Made by a program: the position numbers and the translations under genes. Shown one piece after another: positions 40,391-45,711 of a stretch of DNA of 45,711 bases (positions are counted from its first letter, which is position 1; the number at the start of each line of letters is the position of its first letter). The notes below the pieces were generated by a model. It was given only the letters and a program-made list of their open reading frames with translations. It had not been told where the DNA came from and searched no databases. Origin of the DNA: Alphaproteobacteria bacterium (GTDB taxonomy: Bacteria; Pseudomonadota; Alphaproteobacteria; CACZRW01); the NCBI GenBank assembly GCA_017507765.1, contig JAFWAG010000033.1, positions 1 through 45,711 on the forward strand, given 5' to 3'.

Positions 40391-40419
40391 TTGACAAATG
40401 AATAAAAGTGTGTTATAAG
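40391..40419 (+). promoter_or_regulatory. Sigma70 promoter at the island start
   Basis: TTGACA-17 nt-TATAAG. Confidence 0.65.
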
Positions 40420-40429
40420 GGTGCTGTGT

Positions 40430-40500
40430 GAGCCGGGATACGTGTATCCTCGGTTCTTTTTTTATGGCCGGAGCAGCTTGTTTGTTGCTCCGTTTTTTTT
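40430..40500 (+). terminator. Two tandem terminator-like hairpins in the leader of the toxin-like gene
   Basis: gagccgggatac-gt-gtatcctcggttc+T7 and ggagcagc-ttgttt-gttgctcc+gT8. Confidence 0.65.
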
Positions 40501-40529
40501 AGCAAAGACAAAACAGAAAGGAGAAAACA

Positions 40530-40898
40530 ATGCCAATGTCTTATGTTATAAATGAAAATTATGATGAGACAAATGCTCTAAATGCTAATCAGTTTGCGAT
40601 TCCGGAAATGCCGGAAATTACTCTTGCCAAAGATATAGGGTCTTCTTTGCCGGAGATTTCTTCGGGGATAAACAAAAAAGAGGAAGATGAGGAAGAGAAA
40701 ATAACTCGGAAACCTGTAGCTTGGAGCTTTAAAGATAATCCTCCGCAAAATATTTTTGACCGTATGGACGGTAAATATCCAGAGGTGAAATTGCCGGCTT
40801 TTATTGGGGCGGAGAAAAAAGATATTTATAGTCTGGTTACTGATATTCGAGCCGGAAACATAACCGATGAAGACTTAAAAAACAACTGGAGCCGATAA
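40530..40898 (+). CDS. Hypothetical acidic protein; probable N-terminal part of a frameshifted gene continuing into 40871-41800
   Basis: Strong SD aaaggag. Ends 5 codons after TTA AAA AAC, and the -1 frame is open from 40871 to 41800. Confidence 0.65.
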   Translation: MPMSYVINENYDETNALNANQFAIPEMPEITLAKDIGSSLPEISSGINKKEEDEEEKITRKPVAWSFKDNPPQNIFDRMDGKYPEVKLPAFIGAEKKDIYSLVTDIRAGNITDEDLKNNWSR

Positions 40899-40939
40899 GT
40901 CTTAAGCAGAATTGGGAAAATAAAAATCTTGCTCCGATA

Positions 40940-41800
40940 GTGAATGAAAAAAATGAAATACATCTGAACAGTAAAAAGGAACAACCGGAAACAGATAAGA
41001 ATAAGTCCATTCTGGCTTCAACTAAGCAAGTACTGGAAGATGTTTCTGATCATTTTAAACAAGGGCTAGAAGATACTTTTGATTATTTAAAAGAAAATCA
41101 TCCCAAATTAGTTAAGTTGTTTTCTACTATAGCTGAGAATTGGCAGAAAGACAGAACAATACGAGAAAAATGGGATTTGAACAATTTCTCTAGTCTTCAA
41201 AGCAAAGCTTTTTCAGCAAGGGGCTATGATGTTGCGGCAAAATTACTTGATAATTTTAATAAAGGGGATGGTTCTCCGGTATATTTGACAAGAGAGGAGT
41301 TGGGAAATGAAAAACTTTTGACAGAATTAGAGGATGAAAATGTCGATAGATTTAAAAATAATACTTTCGTTGGCACAGGAAGCAAAGAAAGCCAGAAGGT
41401 TTTAGAGGAAATAAAACAAGCCAAAGACGGAACAACCATTCGTATTGAGGATTCTTGGGATATAGGCAGAAAGAATACTCTTTTTGATAAAGCTAATATT
41501 GATTTGAATCTCGCTTTAGGTTCCTTTAACACACATTCTGTGTTTGAGGGTACAGTTACGAAAGAAGGGGATAAATTACATTATAAGGGTACAATTTTTC
41601 ATAATATAAAAGATAAGTATGATTTTGATCCTGGTGATACCATAGCGTATATACAAAAAACAATGCAGGACAAAGGGTATAACAAACCCTTTATGGTTAA
41701 TGTTGAGCCAAAGATAGAGGAGATTGAAGGTTGGGTTACGATTGGTAAGGACGGTCAGTTGCAAGAACCGACAATTACTTCTCGCAAAACGAGAAAATAA
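40940..41800 (+). CDS. Colicin-M-like (lipid II-targeting bacteriocin fold) toxin domain protein
   Basis: F..GDG.P, LALG.F...EGT.T, Y.G......DKYDFD and G..KPF.V motifs occur in the same order as in colicin M (recalled, not computed). GTG 40940 lacks an SD. Confidence 0.55.
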   Translation: MNEKNEIHLNSKKEQPETDKNKSILASTKQVLEDVSDHFKQGLEDTFDYLKENHPKLVKLFSTIAENWQKDRTIREKWDLNNFSSLQSKAFSARGYDVAAKLLDNFNKGDGSPVYLTREELGNEKLLTELEDENVDRFKNNTFVGTGSKESQKVLEEIKQAKDGTTIRIEDSWDIGRKNTLFDKANIDLNLALGSFNTHSVFEGTVTKEGDKLHYKGTIFHNIKDKYDFDPGDTIAYIQKTMQDKGYNKPFMVNVEPKIEEIEGWVTIGKDGQLQEPTITSRKTRK

Positions 41801-41828
41801 TGCTATATTAGCCGGAGGCAGTAATCTG
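41756..41828. repeat. Composite repeat site 1 (arm A + core + arm B)
   Basis: 41756-41808 recurs at 42676-42728 (52/53 identical). 41794-41828 recurs at 45435-45469 (34/35 identical). Confidence 0.93.
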
Positions 41829-41860
41829 CTTTCGGCTTTATATATTAGGGGTTATGAGTT

Positions 41861-42694
41861 TTGCTTGAATTGTTGGAAAATAGGGTTGATGAACGGCAAG
41901 GGTCGATAATCTCTGCAAATGCCTTTGCTTTTATCTATTACTTAATGGTGTTTCCTATTTTGTTTATTATGGATTTTTGGGAAAATGAGTTACCATATGC
42001 CGGTTTGCAGATTATATTTTGTCTTTCTGTTTTTGTTGCCTTAAATTATATTTTTATCTTTTTTTTGCCGTTAAAACTTGCACAAAATCCAATAGCTAGG
42101 ATAATTATTGGGCAAATAGTTTTTCTGTCTGCTTTCTTTTTTCTCTTCCTGCCGTCGGAAAGTTTTATGTATATCAAAACATATTCTTCGGGCGGTATAA
42201 TATTGCTTGTATTGGTTTGGCTGTTTTTCTTTGCGGCTTTATTGTTCCTGCAAAGATTAGAAAACAAAAGTTTGTTTGTAAAAAATCTAATCACTTATAG
42301 TGGTAAAAATGTTTACGCTTTTTTATGTTACTGGCTTATTATGCCCATTGTGCTCATTATAATGGATATTTTTGGTCTGCCGTTTTCTTTAAAATATAAT
42401 TTTATATCCTTGATATGGGCGAGTTATTTCTTTTGTGTGTTGCCATATTTCGTTTATATTTTTAGTGCTTGGCAAGCGTTTAAGGCTTCTGAATGCGTTA
42501 CGGAAGTTCCCCGAGTATTTCAAGTTGATAGTTTTTCATTAGTAATGCTTTCTTTCTTTTTTTCTTTAATCTATTTCTTAAATTTCGTTTTTCTTTTTTT
42601 ATTTTTGGCGTATGCCCTTGTCGGGTGGCTAATAGCCTCTTTAGCGTTTGAAATGTGGCAAAAAAGAAAAATGTCCAGTTGCAAGAACCGATAA
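41861..42694 (+). CDS. Multi-pass membrane protein (candidate immunity protein)
   Basis: 277 aa with ~8 Phe/Leu/Ile-rich helices, directly downstream of the toxin-like gene. Start uncertain. Confidence 0.65.
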   Translation: MLELLENRVDERQGSIISANAFAFIYYLMVFPILFIMDFWENELPYAGLQIIFCLSVFVALNYIFIFFLPLKLAQNPIARIIIGQIVFLSAFFFLFLPSESFMYIKTYSSGGIILLVLVWLFFFAALLFLQRLENKSLFVKNLITYSGKNVYAFLCYWLIMPIVLIIMDIFGLPFSLKYNFISLIWASYFFCVLPYFVYIFSAWQAFKASECVTEVPRVFQVDSFSLVMLSFFFSLIYFLNFVFLFLFLAYALVGWLIASLAFEMWQKRKMSSCKNR

Positions 42695-42728
42695 TTACTT
42701 CTCGCAAAACGAGAAAATAATGCTATAT
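42676..42728. repeat. Repeat site 2 (arm A + core)
   Basis: cagttgcaagaaccgataattacttctcgcaaaacgagaaaataatgctatat. Confidence 0.93.
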
Positions 42729-42799
42729 AAATATCGTTTGCCGATAACAGTATGTTATCGATTTTTGCGTTATTTAAAAAGTAAAATAGTGAGTAATAT

Positions 42800-43504
42800 A
42801 TGCCCATATCTAAAGATTCCCCAATTTTGAAGGTTAATTTTACTGGTGCTTCCAGTACTGGTAAATCAACCATTAGTGAATATTGTGCAAAGTTATATGG
42901 GGAGCCAAATGTTCCTGAACGTATGCGTGATCTTATGATAGAAAGAGGTATGGTTATTGCCGATATTACAAATGACCTTTTTATAGATGCCGCAAAACTT
43001 CAAGAAGAAGATATGCAGGTAAAACAAATGCAAGCTAAAAGATATTTATTTATTGATAGCGGTCCTTTAGTTTTTTATTTGGGTAATAAGTATTCATTCG
43101 GGCGGGATTTTTTAAAATTGAAAGAAATGGCACTTGATTTTTATAAGGAACAGGATGTTGTTTTTGTATGTGATAATAACATACCGTTTGATGCAAAAGA
43201 AATGAGAGGAGATGAAGGTACTAAAGATATTCTGCAAAAGGAAATCATAAAATTTTTGGATGATAATTCTATCAAATATACAATGATTTATGGTACGGTT
43301 GAAGAGCAGGCACAAATGGTAAAAACTAAGCTGGAAAGTTTGGATAAGGCTCAAAATCAGCTTTCGTTAGATTTGGTAAACTCTTCAAGTTTAAAGCAAG
43401 AAATATCTGTCTCGGAGGATAGAAAAAAGATGTCGGAAAATATACATGGGGCTAATCTGCTATATATGTTTGTTAAAGAACAAACAAGGCAGCGTAGGAG
43501 GTAA
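42800..43504 (+). CDS. NadR/AAA_28-type P-loop nucleoside/nucleotide kinase with C-terminal extension
   Basis: VNFTGASSTGKST, VPE..R, LFIDS, F....RG, I.GTVEE. Confidence 0.8.
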   Translation: MPISKDSPILKVNFTGASSTGKSTISEYCAKLYGEPNVPERMRDLMIERGMVIADITNDLFIDAAKLQEEDMQVKQMQAKRYLFIDSGPLVFYLGNKYSFGRDFLKLKEMALDFYKEQDVVFVCDNNIPFDAKEMRGDEGTKDILQKEIIKFLDDNSIKYTMIYGTVEEQAQMVKTKLESLDKAQNQLSLDLVNSSSLKQEISVSEDRKKMSENIHGANLLYMFVKEQTRQRRR

Positions 43505-43506
43505 TC

Positions 43507-44212
43507 TTGTACCGGAAAACAATCATAGCGGTTGGCGGAGGAGAAATCGGCAGAATAGCAATTATGTCCGATGGTGCTTCTCATAAAACTCCAGTGGAAA
43601 CCATAAAAATAGATAAGGAAATAGTTGCGGCTTCCGGTAAAGAACACCCCAAAGATGCTTTTTATCGGAACGGCATCAAGAGCTTCTGTCTCTTATTTTG
43701 AAACGGTGCGTAATCATTTTGTCGATAGGCTTGGTTGTGCAAGCGTTAATACCCTGAATCTTCTCGAAAATACTTATACTTACGATGAACTTTGCCAGAA
43801 AATATTTTCGGTAGACATCGTTTATGTTGGCGGGGGAGATACGACAATGATGTTAAAAGTATGGAAAGAATATAAAGTAGATAAAATACTTTATGAAGCT
43901 TATCAGAAGGGCATTGTGTTGGCCGGTATTTCGGCAGGGGCAATCTGTTGGTTTGAATATTATGATAATATGGACGATATCTCAGATATATCTGAGTTGG
44001 ATATAGTTCCGGGGTTGGGTTTTCTTAAAGGCTTTGCGGTTCCTCACTATAACTGGCTGACATCTCATGAAAAGGCTGAACTAAACCGGATATTGACGGA
44101 AAGAAAAATCACTGGTTTTGCTACTGATGATTGTACGGCCTTGGTTTTTAAAGATGACGAAATGGATATTATATCGTGCAGAATGGATCGTACGGTCATA
44201 AAAATACCTTAA
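43507..44212 (+). pseudogene. Peptidase E (S51, class I glutamine amidotransferase-like fold), split by one extra base
   Basis: AGGAGG-TTG start; IIAVGGGE...GKEHPK in one frame, then MLFIGTAS...YVGGGDT...GISAGA...PHYN in the +1 frame. Switch at cccc-aaa (43647-43653). Confidence 0.82.
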
Positions 44213-44228
44213 GTTATGGGTTTATGAG

Positions 44229-45389
44229 ATGAAAAAACTAATTTGCAGAGTTTTAAATATAAGAGAACACAAGTCTGTAGTGTTTGTTGATGCATATACA
44301 AATAATGATAAGGTAGAGCAAATAATGTTTGATAAAAGTATGTTTAACAAGCAGGCCATTAAAAATGGCGATTGTTTTGCCGTAACAGTGGAGCCAACTT
44401 TAAACAATAGAAGGCTTACAATTTTTAGGGCAATGGAAATGTTATGGGTTAGCCCTTGCCAAAATTGGGAAGGGGTAAAGAATATTCAAAAAAGTTCAAA
44501 AGGTTATGAAAAATATGCTCAAATAAATGCTCGGAATGCGGGAGTGCAAGTTAAGGTATATAGACTGAAGAATGATTTGATTAGAGAACTCTCGAGGATT
44601 TTGGATGAAGATGGTTTTGAACAAGTTAAATGCCATGTACTGGAAAAAGAACGAACAGCTTCTGCAATTCCGCCTTTTATAACATATGAAAAAAGTAATA
44701 CTAAGCCTATTTATTTGAGGATTACGCCAGAAAATCAGCTTAAACAAACTTCCGCTATTCTATTGAAATCTGTTTATACCATAGACAGTGTATTTTTTAA
44801 TAAAGATCCTGGAGCTAAACATCAACCTGAGATGTGTACTCTTGAGTTCGTTGCTCTTGATTACACAGAACAAGAAATTTTAGCATTTATGATAAAAGTA
44901 AATACTATAATGAACAGGCTTGCTAAAAAATATGGATTTGATACGGATAATGTAGATGTTCCTAGGGTTGTCGATTATAATGATTTAGAGAGTTTGCATA
45001 TAAAATATGATAGACGGATTCCTGAGTTCAGAAATACTATTTTAATAAATGCTCCCGTAAACAGTCCTTTTGTGAAGGTCAATTCTAATGGGATGCGGAC
45101 GGAAATAAAGTGGTATATTAATGGATCACTGACCGGACATGGTTATTCTGATGAGACAGATTGTCAGCAAATAAAGATTTCCTTGGAACAACAAAAGATA
45201 GCTAATAATTTAGAACAAATTAATGAAATGTCTTATTTCGAGTGGGGCCTTCCAAAATCAGTCAGTTTCGGTTTGGGAATCGATGCTCTGGTTTATAGAT
45301 ATTTAAATCTGGAACATATGGCATTAGCCTCTAATCCCTTAGGCATAAATTATGTTAATCATAGAAAAAATGATTTTCAGTATATTTAA
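44229..45389 (+). CDS. Divergent class II lysyl-tRNA synthetase paralog (OB fold plus catalytic core)
   Basis: PF.T...IYLRITPENQLKQ, H.PE..TLEF, ING....GYS...D and GLP....GLGID.LV parallel LysRS-II motifs. Confidence 0.8.
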   Translation: MKKLICRVLNIREHKSVVFVDAYTNNDKVEQIMFDKSMFNKQAIKNGDCFAVTVEPTLNNRRLTIFRAMEMLWVSPCQNWEGVKNIQKSSKGYEKYAQINARNAGVQVKVYRLKNDLIRELSRILDEDGFEQVKCHVLEKERTASAIPPFITYEKSNTKPIYLRITPENQLKQTSAILLKSVYTIDSVFFNKDPGAKHQPEMCTLEFVALDYTEQEILAFMIKVNTIMNRLAKKYGFDTDNVDVPRVVDYNDLESLHIKYDRRIPEFRNTILINAPVNSPFVKVNSNGMRTEIKWYINGSLTGHGYSDETDCQQIKISLEQQKIANNLEQINEMSYFEWGLPKSVSFGLGIDALVYRYLNLEHMALASNPLGINYVNHRKNDFQYI

Positions 45390-45434
45390 AGAAAATCAAT
45401 GACATATTTAAATAATATCATAGCCTATCCACAA

Positions 45435-45469
45435 AAAATAATGTTATATTAGCCGGAGGCAGTAATCTG
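45435..45469. repeat. Repeat site 3 (core + arm B)
   Basis: aaaataatgttatattagccggaggcagtaatctg. Confidence 0.92.
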
Positions 45470-45599
45470 TCTTCATTTTTTCATCGCAAGAATTGTTTAG
45501 GTGAGGGTGTATATCCCTTAAAAAGTGAATCTTTGCTTGACCTTTTTGGGGAAAGGTGATAAAAAACCGTTGTCTCATAATAGAGTTCTGGTTTGGAAT

Positions 45600-45655
45600 C
45601 TCGAGAGAAGAGATACGTCAGTCAGCGAGGGTTCGCACACTGGCGCAATAATTAT
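45600..45655 (+). ncRNA. Possible ffh leader RNA motif
   Basis: GC-rich segment cgtcagtcagcgagggttcgcacactggcgc in the leader of the putative ffh. A conserved ffh leader is known in Alphaproteobacteria. Boundaries approximate. Confidence 0.35.
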
Positions 45656-45688
45656 ATGTCGTTTAATCAATTGCTTAAGGGCGGATTT

Positions 45689-45711
45689 ATGTTTGATACA
45701 TTGACTGACAG
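45689..45711 (+). CDS. ffh: Probable start of signal recognition particle protein Ffh (truncated by window end)
   Basis: ATG TTT GAT ACA TTG ACT GAC AG = MFDTLTD(R), a typical Ffh N-terminus. Only 7 codons visible. Confidence 0.6.

Noticed and set aside
41756-45469. CRISPR array, classical integron attC sites or Xer dif sites
   Set aside because: Spacing is 0.9-2.7 kb with no cas or intI gene, and there is no RYYYAAC..GTTRRRY palindrome. ATAATG.TAT resembles the dif centre, but there is no XerD arm (TTATG..AA).
40219-45711. tRNA-Gln att duplication bounding the island
   Set aside because: No second copy of the tRNA-Gln 3' end was found before ffh, and no integrase is present.

Overview
Chromosomal window of a flagellated alphaproteobacterium, probably Rhodospirillales-like. 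The assignment is inferred from ctrA-fliI-fliJ, FlaF, pal-cpoB-tilS-ftsH-glmM and tRNA-Leu-tig-clpP-clpX-lon-hup-tRNA-Val synteny; genetic code 11. Most of it is housekeeping DNA with four tRNA genes (Val-TAC, Leu-TAG, Ala-CGC, Gln-TTG). Accessory parts stand out. (1) A PilV-like type IV pilin/adhesin gene is switched OFF by a C9 tract in its leader. A degenerate copy of the same leader, with a C8 tract, forms an upstream ORF abutting a hexapeptide acyltransferase. (2) A ~5.2 kb AT-rich island between tRNA-Gln and ffh holds a colicin-M-like toxin gene split at an A_AAA_AAC site, then two cassettes delimited by overlapping direct repeats with a shared core. The first cassette is a multi-pass membrane protein. 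The second is a NadR-type kinase, a frameshifted peptidase E and a LysRS paralog lacking both invariant arginines. (3) There is a triple-FlaF protein, a tandem active/dead deaminase, and an operon of mutually paralogous orphan genes. (4) Several small palindromic or tRNA-associated non-coding elements are present. All calls come from reading the sequence by eye; no database searches were run.
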